Positions 27,261 to 40,549 of a DNA stretch of 64,000 bases are shown in pieces; position 1 is the first letter of the stretch; each line of letters begins with the position of its first letter. Under the pieces are notes generated by a model. That model was not told the DNA's origin and searched no databases. It saw only the letters and a list, made by a program, of their open reading frames with translations. The stretch spans positions 46,128,001 to 46,192,000 of the forward strand of contig OZ320315.1 in NCBI GenBank assembly GCA_976226885.1, given 5' to 3'. The DNA is from Iphione sp. A-MEVVRFRX5. Taxonomy: Eukaryota. A program made the position numbers and the translations under genes.

Positions 27261-28499
27261 CATAAAAGATATGGATCTTCAACCCGGGAAATAAATCGTG
27301 GACTAAACGGATTAATGAAATATGCATATGTGATCGGGAAGTGTAATTGATCCAGCACTGGTGGAACTTGTTGCATTCACGGCAGGCAAATTGCACTCGT
27401 GTTTTGCAGGGTGTTTTTTTATTGTTTAGAAACCAAGAGCATTGGTTGTCAGCTTGCGCTATCTAGGACTTGGAGCCAGCAAGGTGGCCCATGATCTATG
27501 CGAGAACTTTCGTGAGTCATGGGGCCGGCATTTTGCCACTTAGCAACAGTGATTAGGCAGAGGGCTCCTCTGTATTGCGTTCACGGTGACAAAGTGATCG
27601 GCTGATTGACATACCACATTTATTACCTTGCCTGCTAGCAGCTGACAATTAGCAACTGTCTACAGGCAGTAGCAGGGGGCTTCTATGCTCACTAGAAGGT
27701 CTCACCTGGGACGGGGTTGTATTTCTGACTGCATGGCAGCGCTGTTTTAGTCTCAATCGAACGGAGAATAACGTAACGTAATATTGTTCCCTTATGCTTG
27801 CTATCTACCTCTAGTATCCGAACCCTCCCCTATCAGATACATGGCCTGATTGATAGAAATACGTTAAGGACGGTACATCATGCGAAGCTGTTGCGTGTGA
27901 TGACTCCGCACGTCAGGGCATTCACCCTTGTTCACTCCCCTGATAGCAAAAAGAAAAAGTAGTTCAGATTAATTCAGCGCACACAAATCGGCCAAAGGAT
28001 AGAAATATTGCTGAATAAAGCTATAGGATACAGGAAAAAATAAAACAGTGTATTTTCTTTGGAGTAAGCATAGGTAAACTACACCGGTGTCGTTACCAGG
28101 TGGAAAGAGGAGAGCAACGGATTCTGCAATTTAGCTATCACCGTTCCGACTCGTTCCTGAGGCAGATAGGATGTCACTACCGCCATTTGTATCCATCAGT
28201 GCAAGGTCAATCAGCGCACAGTACCTCACCTTATTCATCAATTCAGACCCGTCTTCGCTTGGTTCGGTATAGGGTTTACACTAAACTGGATGTCTGTGGC
28301 CCGCGCTTTATTTTTCGAGACGTGTCCTCAAGGGAATTCTTTTTTTGAACAAAACTTCGATATTGACTTTCACAGATTGGCGTATAATCGAATTGTGAAG
28401 AGGATGTAAATGGGATATATCCTTATCCTCATTTCATATTATCTTTTGTGTAAAGCCTTTTTGTTCCACTGAGGCGTATGCCCTTTGACTCAGAAGGTT

Positions 28500-30120
28500 T
28501 ACATAGTCCATTCACTGCTAGACGCTGTGACTGATCCCCTCCTTGCAGCGAGAAGCAGAAACGAAGATTAGCCTAGCCGACCCAGTAATGCAGAGAGGCT
28601 GTTGCTCTCTTATGGATTTGGCTGGCAGCTGGTTTGGTCTATTTGCGGAGGTAAATTATGTTGTAATGCATGTAGCTCGTATGGCTGCATGTTGTCATTG
28701 TAAGCCTATAGACGGTATGTTACAATTCTGGAATGGTTAACATGTTAACCATGCAGAGGAAGCGGTATGGAACACTATGCGTGCTGAGGTTAAGGGTCCA
28801 CCTTCCACATCAGCATTGGAGCATGTCACACAGCTTTGAACTGGCAGCCTTACGTACAAGGGCAACCACAATTACAAGCAGCATCGTCTCTTTCCCTAAA
28901 TCCACTTCCTCCATGTGGGAGCCCGATGTCGGGATGGCATTGAAAGGCTTTGTGTGTAAACACAGCCCACCATTAGGGCTAAAACTGATGGGGCCGTTTG
29001 GGGCAATGGCCACAAGAATCAGACAGTACTCGACGTCACGACTAGGGGCCCGCGCGCTTTTACGACCGCCGAGGGTGAAATAGCAGCTGTGAGACAAAAG
29101 CCAAAAGGGCCCCCATGAATGACCTACTTGGGCGCGAGCTGCTCGGCTGTGAGCGATGCATTATTTAACGCCCTAGGTGTTCGGGCAGGGGCTCCATGTG
29201 CTGACGATTCACTGGTCCGCGTGTCACTAAGTGATCCTCCTGTGTTGTAGGCCAAATAAAGGTGAGGGTAAACAAGGTGCAACATGGTTGGAAGAAGGAG
29301 TTGGAGCAGGGCAATAAATGGTCCCAAACCTTCGAGGGACACACAATCGACTGTGGCAAAAGCATTCCAGTCTTATCTGAAGAATCTGCCCTTTAACCAT
29401 TGGGTCCAAAGAGGTCAAAGAAACCTTTTAGTAGTGTTCATGCATAAACAGCTCAAGTACATCATGCAATTTAACGATGGATCAGTAGCGTGTAATGTTA
29501 CACAGTGCCTACTCATTTGTCCAACGCAAAAAAAAAATCTATGAAATGTTAATGAAAAAAGCCAAAATTAAGCACTTTCGTAAGATACGAAAACCCTGGT
29601 GCTTTGCGGTAGGGGGAACGGAATATAGAAAGGCCGGAAGTGACGAGCTAGACGCTGGTGTGTACCGCGGTGCATTATGGCCCTCGGAGGGCTGATGCTA
29701 CCTCAGCGATTCAGCGTCTTCCAGGGCATGGACTTGTAGCGCATGCTGGGAATTCTCTTAAGGCCACTGGGGGACAGCTCTTATCAGGGACCTAATCCCC
29801 CATTCATGGACTTCGTCGCTTCAGTGCGATTGCTGGCTCTGCCACACATCCCATTGGTCTTTGTCAATCCAATTGTCATATCAAGCTCTTTCTGCTGTCT
29901 TGAAATGAGGGGAGATGTTCCACGGTATCATTATGGACAATTTACCACATGTAGGTTGTTGTCTGTAGATGAACACAATTGTCAGATATGGATTGGACCC
30001 AATTCAGGGAAAACGTTGTATGTATGTTCGCGAATATCCCGAGGTAATGAAGGATTTTTGCGCATAAAGAATAGTCGGGAGCCTCCTCGGCAGATGATGT
30101 TTGCCCTTCACACAAATGAA
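28500..30120 (-). mobile_element. decayed Gypsy-like integrase remnant
   Basis: ELFM...KVSLTSLDPMVKGQ (KSRTTPYHPMGNGQ) followed by LLLPT...HLYLAYNTGGSLSDT (LP-L--AYNT--HS-T). Confidence 0.5.
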
Positions 30121-31375
30121 TGATGTTGAGGTTTGGGAGAAATGTGACATTTATTTTGTATAGGAGGACTTAACGTGATATCTAGTGAATATCCGCCGCG
30201 ACGGCCCTAAAATGGTGAAAATATGGGCTTCTAATGAAGTTCTTTTCCGATTCTCGAAGGAACAGTGTAGAAGCATGATGACTTTTCAGCATGATAGGTG
30301 CCGATTCCTTAGTATACCGCCCAAGATGGATGGAGATGAGATGGGATCAGTTGTTAGTTAAGTATTCTAATGCTCAGTGACCGACGACCAATATCACTGC
30401 CTACGTGCCAACACTAAGCCGAATATAAATTGAAGTCTCTCTCAACAGTGCTACCTCCAGTCATCAATCTTTTTCTATGTGATATATAATGTAGTCATTC
30501 CTTCTCTTTAATAGCTGTTGCGTGCCAGGTTTGAAAGCGCGCTTCAGCCTAGCGTATTTCTATAGTGCTATATTGATAGGTTGAAGATACACAGGTTGGC
30601 GGCTTCAGGTTTTGGTTGGCACCAGAGCGATGGGCCCGAGGAGCAATTTACCGTCAGCAAAGGTGAAGCAATTGAAATAGCGTGCTCCGAACCGAGTGCC
30701 CTATGAAGTTAGCAAGCAATGCATAGCCTCCAACGAAGGAGGCTGCGGTAGGGATATTGGATGAAACGGTCTTGGACTATAGCAGGCCGGGGTACACAGT
30801 TAGTGAGGAGTTGTGGAGGGGCTGCCAGGGATACAATAGCGGATCATCAACAGCTTGGCACTGACGGAGGAGAGTGAGAAGGGATCTGGCAAAGGCATAT
30901 TCATATATATTAGAAGACTTCCTCGTTCATAACAACACGAAAATATCGTTCCGGAAAGAAAACCAGCTGTTCTAACCAAGGCTGCATTACTGCACTGCGC
31001 TGGCGAAAGTTACCCAGCGGGATATTCTCATATAGCTTACGTTTTCAATGTATCATTCTTGCGCGTCCCAGTCTGAAACGTTCACAGCGATTTAGATCCA
31101 TGCGGCAATTGTGCCCATAGGATGAATTCTTTTGATGAGAATGATCGATATGCGACGCCCCAGGCTTTTATTTAAAATATGTTGCTCTGGGCCGAATGAT
31201 GCCATCGCTCCCTATAAAATCCAATCTTCTAAAATTCCATATCACTTCGGTCATACACAATTTAGAGTACGCCTTGAGTGCAGCAGGAATTTCAGATTGT
31301 ATAATTTAATTGAGAGGTAAACGTTACTACGTTAAACGTTAAGGTGATTATATGCTGTATCTTCTTGTCTTGCAG

Positions 31376-31457
31376 GCTTCAGTTGCGGGCGCAGAACTTT
31401 AGCGACTCTATAATACAAATTACAAAAGATGCAACTGGCTACACCGATCTTCTCACG
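31376..31457 (+). CDS. CACNA2D3: alpha2delta exon (N-terminal helix, LQLRAQNFSDSIIQITKDATGYTDLLT)
   Basis: tcttgcag|...|gtaaga, 82 nt, phase 2 to 0; aligns with VKLWASAFGGEIKSIAAKYSG. Confidence 0.85.
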
Positions 31458-34400
31458 GTAAGACAATATACTTTATCGTAAGTAACGAATACAGTGCATG
31501 TCATAAGATTGAGATCCCTGTGAATCATTGATTCATTATCTAAAAGTAAAGCACATTAACCTCCCAAAGGAAAGAACAATTCCCATGCAATGAATGTTGG
31601 TTTATTCTCATATATTGATCGCTTTTATTACTCCACTGCACTCATTATCATTACCGAGGCATCTGTAACAGGTGCCTTAGCTAGATTCCAGGAGTGGCTC
31701 GAAATGTGCACGCAAGCCTTCCGTCTGTTGTGTACGTAGAGCATGTACCAAGAGGAAAGAGCCAAATCACGTAACGTCTTTACCAGTTTTTCTCCAGACG
31801 ACTATGCGTTGAATCCTCGACCTATATACATATACTGTACATGTATTTCCTTTCGCTTCTGGCATACATAGGGTATATTGGGTATCGGGCAACATCCACG
31901 CCAATGATATTTTCAGGCGGTCTTCTCATTAAGGCATCTATATTTGCTGCTGTAAACTGGTTTTCAGGAGTGCGCATCACTTTCAACCTGTACATATCGC
32001 ACGGCTTGCTCGAGTCAGAGCAGGGAACTGCGTCTCCATGATATTGACAGGATCAGGAACATCTTGCCGGCAATTCCTCACCAGAACCACCAGCACCCTT
32101 TTTTAGATTACCTGCCAGTGGAGGGTGTAACGGAGATTCAACCATTTGGCCACTTGCTGTCATTTCAGCCTGAATTCCATTACATCCAGAAAAGACGCAC
32201 CGAATCGGTGCTTCCCAGATGGAGGCCTTCATTACAGCGTTTCCTATGTGCCATAAATCGCCCTTGACATAGTCTGGCGGATAGAACACGTCGAAGAGCA
32301 CGGCCGACCGCCCTGGAGTGCTTTTCAATGGCGCAGGCGGAGGCAATCATCAACTATACATCCACTCTCCGCTGGCGTGGTTTTAGGCGCGGACATATAT
32401 TCCGGGATCCACCTGACTTCATTAAAAATCTGTTTTTGATCGCATACTTTTCCTGGTTCCCTCGCTCACACAGTGCGTGTAGAGCGAAAATCTGCGAATT
32501 AGGCCTGACAGGTGGTGCACTTTATTAAGTCCCAAAGGAGCCCTAGCGGCGGGAACCAGCTCTCGCCTATTCTCCCGCTTCGGTCACGTGGCTTGCAATG
32601 TAAGCAGCACTGCTGGTAGCTTAACGTTACTTTAAGTTGAAGTCGTGCACTTCGGGGAACAGCGAGAGGCGACGAAAAATTGAAATGAGTAAATAACTTG
32701 TTATAAACTCAAGGGAATGTTGCAGTTTCAGGAGGCTTGCAAAGTGATGCTTTTGCTGCATTTGTAATTTGCTACACCTAATGATTTATTGAAGAAAGTG
32801 CGTCATTCCAAATGCATGAACCAATTTGATTTGATCTGAAAATTATGTTCCATTATTACTGAAATCTCAATAAACGAAAATTTGTGTTATTGTTATAACT
32901 TTGTCGAAATACTTAGTTTCAGGGGACAGTTTACTTTGTAAGTGGGCGACAGCATGTGCTGTGAAACGGATGAGCATCTTCCCAGTGTTTTCATAGACGT
33001 ACTGTGGCATACATGCAAGAAAAGCGTTTTATTATGTTGTTTTATCCAGGTATATGATGGTATACTCTTAGATGCTTTGAGGTCGCTAAATCGCATCTCC
33101 TGTCTCCTACTGAAATGATTACAATAATGTTGATGGCGCCTGAGTAATTTAGGTCAACAGCAACTAGGCTGTATATCAATAGGCCTCTGAACAAATAACA
33201 ACCAACATTTCTTTGCATGATATGATCTTTATGGGTAGACCGTAGGGTTTGTCCTCATGTGCTTATGTGTACCCATTCTACCCAAGGTGAAGGGGCGGGT
33301 TGCCGGCAGCGAAGATTGGCGCCAGCGCCCAACCCTTTATGTGTGCACTGCACGTCTCAGTGAGCAGCTCCGAAGAAGACCGTCCGAATTGGGCGTCAGC
33401 CACAGCGCCACATGTGAACGGCCAGACCACTATTGACATATCGAGCAGCTGTATCGCCTCCCACGCTTCTCGCTATGATAACGTGCCCAATCCAATGGTG
33501 CATTATTTCCATCTTCGCCAGCGTGTTGGTGTTTCCACCCACGGCGTTTTTTCATTGATATCCCTTGTTGTGTTTCCCCTTTAATTTAGGGCAGGTGAAA
33601 TTAACCACTACTGGTAGCTCAACTGTTGGAAATTGAGAATGAAACGTGAAATTAAACGGGAAATGTGCACCAGATGAGAAATTGGACGATATTTGAGGGA
33701 GTAGTAAATGATAGTTGTTTAAGTGTAGGCAATTTAAAAAGTGATTTTTCAATTAAACCAAAACATAAGAATTAGTCACAATGTGACGAAAGACGTCAAG
33801 AGTGTTCTCGAAACGTTGTCTGCATACACACAAAAACAGCTAATGAAAGAAGGTGATTAATTTGCCCTAATTTTTTGTGGCGCTAATGTAAATTGACTTT
33901 ACTTAATCAATTTTGATGGGAAAGGCATCTATGATACACACGAAAAGTGCAGTTGGAATTGATTGTTACATCTTTCGAATAGTCTGTGCTCTACCAGGTC
34001 GATCGCAGTTTAATGACTATAGCATTGACTTGAAACATTTTCCTAATGCCGTTTACTTAAATGACAGGGCAGGTCTAGGCCTGGTTTCTTAGTCGTCAGC
34101 CCTCATGCTTAACTAACGCCCAATAATCTTATGAATTTTTCTTCAGTGAAAAGCGCCATCTTTGCAGTGGTGCGTTGAAAGAAGTTGAGGACGTTATCGA
34201 GAGAATGCTTTGATTTAAGGGAAAATAGATGATGATAGAAAACCATCCAAAATTCAAGACTGTAGAGCCAGAGAGGGATCGCGTTTTGGCAAACTAAAGT
34301 CATTCACCTTAACTATTCAATAAGACATTTATTCACGGACCTAAATGATTTAGGTGTCTTGTAGGGAGAATTCGTGTATCCTGACTCATGGTAGCTGAGT

Positions 34401-37400
34401 ATATAAAAGCATGAACAACTTAAACCAGCAGATACATTATGAAACAATGTTTTGTTCTGTATGGCCCAGACATTATGATTCAGTACCATATAAATATATA
34501 TTATTATGTATTACATTCTCAAACAACATTAGGAGGCCTAATGCTTTATACGAGATGAAATTATATATTGCATCCATCCAGACATATTAGAAAGCACATT
34601 TCCATATATTTCTCCTTTATCTAATGTATGGGTCATGAGGGAATGACAAGTTGGTCTGTCGAGTATGCGTTGTGCAATACAGTCTTATTTGTAACGTCAT
34701 GGTAGGCCAGTAGCCGCTATTTGTCGCTGCGAATGAATGACATTTTCAGGAATAAATGGCACCAAAGATTGGCGCAAAACGTATACACAGAGCTGCTTGT
34801 TAAAACCAAGACAGCAATCCTATCACTGCAACTTTTGATCAGTACAAAATAAAAGCATGCGCTTTTAAATTTCTCATATACTACTAACGTACATAAAATT
34901 TAACATATGAAACTAATGTTTTGATTCAGATGCATGGTTTCAACTCTTTCTTAGTCACTAATAAGGATGATAATGATGGGCAACAAGCTGTCGTAGACAA
35001 ATACACATTGTGAACATATTCTACTTTTTCCAACCAATTGCAAATGTACGTGCAGAACCCTCGTAATGTTACCGATTGGATGTTCTGTCGATCAAAAGAA
35101 TGGAAAGTAATGTAAACTGAAAAAAAATTGGTAGAGCGTCCTAAGGTTGTTGCTGTCGGGTGATGAATATTCATATGGTTCATCGTTTTCCCACCGGATG
35201 TCGGCAAGAAGAAGAGGTCTAGGGGGTGGAGGCGCGTGCCTCAGAATATCCATGGCTGAGGTCCTCAGGTGGCCCAGAAACAATAGACGGAGCTCGTGAG
35301 GGCGACCTAACAGAAGATGATTTGCTAGGAACCAAGTTACAATGTGACAATAGAGAAGAGAGCCACGACTAATGTGGCATTTATATCTCATTGGAAGGGC
35401 TCAGTTGTACACCCTGAGAGTCCACTAGGAATAGTATCCTACATTACAGTAAAGCCCTCCGTTGTTGGGATAGCTCCTCTTTTGATCTAATGCAGATATC
35501 ATACATGTATATGGCGTACGTCTCTGTGTACCGACCAAGTATGTGCCATGTAGGGCTCGTATCTCGGAGAAAACAGATTCTCATGGTTTTATTCGCTTTG
35601 TTTTCATGATTTTTCTCAGGAATATCTGCTGATGCACCCCAGGGTCGTTCCGCTAGACGGCAGAGCACTTCTGCTGCAGGTCAAGGACACCATCGAAGCT
35701 GACCTAAGAGGCAAGGCGGAAGCCGTTGAGGTAATGTAATCTATTCAATCCTATCTTATGAGACTTACAAATAACCATTCCTTATTCCGCGTTGAAAAAC
35801 GGATATGGTTTAATGATGGCTATTATAAACGGTGCTATAGAGATTACTTTTCCCCAGACTGTCGACTGAAGAGTCACATTATTATAGATATCTCTGTTCG
35901 CATTGCCCTGTTGGATTAGAGATAGCGTCGGCCAGCTCGTGTCACGTACAGTTTAGGGGAGGGATGCCTATCCTAATTCACTATGGTTTATGTTATAGAT
36001 AGTCCTAGTGCTTAGGGCAAACCAAGTGGACCCCGGAGCACTGGATGGGTCGACGTATACCTCTGCTATTCTGTTCTCTAATTTAGGAAGCTGTATACAT
36101 GGGCATATACCTCACAACGTGTAGCATCTCGAATAATCGTTTGGAAATAATAATTGGATTGAACCAAATGTTTTTTTAAAAATCAATCCTTGAAGGGAAG
36201 AGTAATCAGCTCGATATCTCATTCAACGGCGTCAGAATAAAGAAGGAGTCATTTGGAAAGGTTAGAACGGTCTCAGCGTAGCCATTAATGACACACGGTC
36301 AGATGAATGCTTGACAGTGTGATTAGCTATCTACCTGAAATATCCTGCAATTCGCTTGGTTTAGGTGAAGTGCACCCATATAGCACGCAGTATGAGGTGA
36401 TATCATTCAATTTTCCTCGATATACAGATGCCAGTCTAGGAGGCAGAAGGATTAAATTTGAAAGGCCACCTGCAGTGACCTCCCACTATTCGTGACTTGT
36501 GCAGTGAAGGTCAAAGTGCAATCTACTCTAGTAATTGACGTTTCTAATCCCGACTCTCGCCCGAGACTCTGACATCACCAAAGTTCAGGCTTTCCACTGA
36601 AAATTGCTATTTTACGGTTATTAGTCTTTAACTGCATGGGTGAATCGTGTGATGTGAAGGTAGGGACACGTAATATAACATATTTAGAGGAATAGTAACC
36701 AATATAGGGACCCCGGTGGCAGCTGTCTTATCTGGAATGCAGGACGAAGCAGTTAGGATAATAGGGACCTCGGTCACGTAAGTTCGCCGATTGGCCTGTT
36801 TGGGGGCAAAGATACCTTAGTGCTCCTTAGTATCCATCACGGCAACAAATGAACGAATCTCCTGACCAATGATAACAGTCGCACCCCAGGGGGGTTTTCA
36901 TCGGGCCGGACCTTTAATGCCTGGGCTTCGTTCAAGGCTGTTCACCGCATCGCATGCCAGGAACCTATTCCACACCTTCAATCTTCATCCCATGCTCGCG
37001 GTCTCTACCCTGTCAGCGCGTCTGCCAATTACTAAACCTGCCCGTGGGGTCCGACTGTGTGCCGCGACTCAAGCCTAGAGCAGCTCCAACTGAACACACA
37101 CACACACACACATACACACGTACGCATGCGTATGTTTCCCTTATCGAGGCGCTCTTTGATATGAGACCCATATCCTCGTAAGTGAATATGTCGTGTACAT
37201 ATAGCAGTGACCTTGTTTCTTCCTCTTGATTGGGGTCCAGTGTCCCTACACATGACAAGCGCCTTTAGTCCGGCCGCTAGCCCGACTAATTTGTGGCAGA
37301 AGCAGGCGAGCCTATTGCAGGGAAATACGATACCCCGTTATTGTATTGCAGCTCTGTGAAGATATACTGGTCGCCGCCTTCACGAAAAAAGACCACACCT

Positions 37401-40400
37401 AGTGATCGCAACCATCAGCAAAAAAAAAGACATTGCTCCACTGGCGAGGCACGCAGGATAGTAAATTCTTCTAAAAGGCCAGAGTGTGAGCCTACGACCC
37501 TATTCACTGTATTGAAGGGAACTTGCTAACATTTTACTTATCTGTTCCCTTGCCTATAAAAATTAAAGAAGCCCTGAAAGGAACGATGATGGAGAGCGTT
37601 TCTTACCGAAGCAAATAGACACAAGCTAATCAACCTCTGTGAAGTGACTGTATTCCATGTAGAGTAGGCAGGCTTTTCTTATGAAAGGGTTCGATGTCTA
37701 AATATAAGAGTAACTGCATGTACTGCCATTATTGTCTTTGAAACGTTGCGTGCGTTGGTTGTTTGAAATCATGCGAATGCCTAAGAACCTTAGGAACGGC
37801 TCCTCTGCAGCAGTTATGGGATCATTTGTGACCGTCAATAATTACTGTGATTACAAATATGTATCTAGCATATTTGGTGTTCTGTATTACTAATATCAGA
37901 ATCATAGCATATGCCCGAAGATCTTCGTTACCGAATTAAATATCCAGTCTTCAATCCGGTTAATGCATAAGCTCCTTTCATCCATGTGCAGCAAATAGTT
38001 TGTTAGATCTCTGTATTTGGGATACTAACTAGTGCGCCATGTATAAATATTCGTCGTATTCTGAAGCAGAGCGAGAATACCTTGTCTAATTACACCTTCA
38101 CACAGTCATATCATACATGTTTGTGTATTTGTACACACGTTTAGCTTAAAATGTATGTAGCAAAAGGTATCGTTGACCATTGAGCCATATTGTTCAGTTG
38201 CTGACGGAAACATGAGACTGCGGAGGTATTGTCTGTAAAAAGAACCAACTTTCATTTTGTGTTCTCTGTTACAGAGCATAGCAATAGGGGCTGAATACAC
38301 ATATAAGAAATACGTCGATCCCAACAAGAAACACGAGGTAAGCTGTTAATTCCATACGTGTTTCGCCGGAGCAAGTGTACAGGGTACATGTATTTGATTC
38401 CGTCTGAGCAGATAAGCGCAAAGGAACTATTTCCAGTTCTGTCATGATATATAGGGCGATGGATACAATTATAGCGTACATGCTCTGTCCCAATCCTTTC
38501 GAGGTGTACGTATGTTATTCGTGTAATGTATTGCCTTCCACATAAGTATCGTTTGCCGTTTCATTGGCGTCTGTACATACAGAGCAAAGAGCCTTGCTCT
38601 CTTTCCCCAGTCAGTCTATTAACCTTTGAGCCTTTTGAGCGACCTTTTGACATAGTCTACCCCTTGTGTCCTGTACTAGACACCTAATACGGTCGTAGCA
38701 GCGCCATTCACGTAGCATCTCATTCCCGAATCCGGACGCAATCTGCCACGGCAATCATGCCTGGCCGCTGACTTGCTATTTGCTATGTTCCAGCCGTTTG
38801 ATTACCTGCGAGCTAAGAGACTGAACACCACCGCCTTCCTTCTCACCGACTCGCCGAGGTTCCGGAACAAGCCAGTCAACCTGAGCCTCAGCACCCTTCA
38901 TGTCCCCTCCAACGTCTTCGATGAATGTAGCTAATCCAATATACCTTCAGCCACTTCTGTATTTTTTGGGGGGGAAGGGGGTGTATTTTTGCCTATGCTT
39001 TTTTTCCTGGTCTCTAGTAAGCAATAGTATGTTATATTCGCTATGGGTCTTCCCTATGTAGCCGCAAAATAAGCATAAAAGAAAATATCTTGAATTTAGG
39101 GATCAAACAGTACCAGGCAATGCGGAAAGCACACCTCTGAATAAAAAATCAGATATGCATCATTTCCAAATCTATAACTTAATCACTCAAATTTGTCATC
39201 GGTAGAAGTAATGAAGTGACCGATAACAGTTTGCTGCTATTCTGATACTCCCGCTTAATTCCATATTCATGACGTTCAACAATTGTTCGTATTAAGCGAT
39301 ATTAGTTTCCCGTGTTTTGATATTTCATATATGCATAATTGATAAGGCTACCCGAAACTTTGTAGTGTTGCAGCCGGTAATGAGACAATAATGATATGGC
39401 CTTCAGTTAAAAACCTTCCGGTGCAGTGCGTCGTTCTCCCAAGAGAGCAGTGCGGAAATAACAGAGTCAGTTATCTGTGTCGGCGCTTTTTCCTTATCAA
39501 CCAGCTCAAGATGTGTTGAAGACAGTGCTGTGGTCCAACCGACTGAATTTTGACTTCAAAAAGAATACTCAACATGATCGAACGGCGAAGTGGCAATATT
39601 TCTGCAGCGTGCATGGAGTAATGCGAATATTCCCGGGTATGAACAGCTTCAAAGATACTGTAATTACATTGTTTCCCAGATTTTTCCTCGGTACTTGCCG
39701 CTCTCCTCTGAGTTTTCAAAATGAATTATATTTAGCTGTTTCTATGATCATGGTACACTTTATATGCTTTGGATTGGGGCGTTGCACAGATGGTAGAAAA
39801 TGACAATTAATGTGTGCGTAAATGCATACACATGTATACTATCTTTGAAACTTTTGTGATAGATTACGAAATGTCACATTCGGATCAATAGTGATGACAC
39901 TTTTACCAAAACCAAACGTACCATCCCAATTGTAATGCCTACAGTGGATTCTTGTATTAGTAAAAAAAATGTCACAAATATTGATAGTAATTATGGAAAG
40001 GATGTCAGTTTAAAAAGCACAGAGCAAACTATTCATAATTAAGAGCTCATCAATGATGAGAGCAAATCTATCGAAGCTAACGCTTCCTTCCACCGCCGCG
40101 TTTTCAGTACCATTTGCAATTTAATCGGCATTAATGTTGATTACAATCCTATTGTGCTATAACTCAGTAATCTTCCCCTAGGAATCGCCTGGCCCCTTCC
40201 CAATGACGATTTTGATTGTCGCAGCCAGCGTTGGTATGTCATTTCTCTGCACATAGCATGATTGTAAACGAAGTAGTCCTGTACTTGATAGCAGGCCCGT
40301 AGCCAAGGGGATATCGGGGGTACCGTTCGATACCCCCGACAGACATTTATTACTATAGGCCTAAATAGAAAAACAAAAACATTAGTTCCACCTCTTGGGT

Positions 40401-40492
40401 ATTGGGGGTATCGTCCCATACCCCCCAAAAATCTTCCTGGCTACGGGCCTGGATAGTCATTCGAGTCCTGTGTGCTTTTCTCTTCCTCTCTC

Positions 40493-40549
<57 letters not shown>

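Noticed and set aside
155-30123. Numerous 60-126 aa ORFs in the six-frame track as protein-coding genes
   Set aside because: They are chance frames or sense/antisense frames of decayed transposons; no spliced host gene could be assembled.
31132-31320. 62-aa ORF with a phase-2 donor (AG|gtaaac) just upstream of exon 31376, as exon 1
   Set aside because: No hydrophobic signal core, and it would need a 59-nt intron, shorter than any other intron in the gene.
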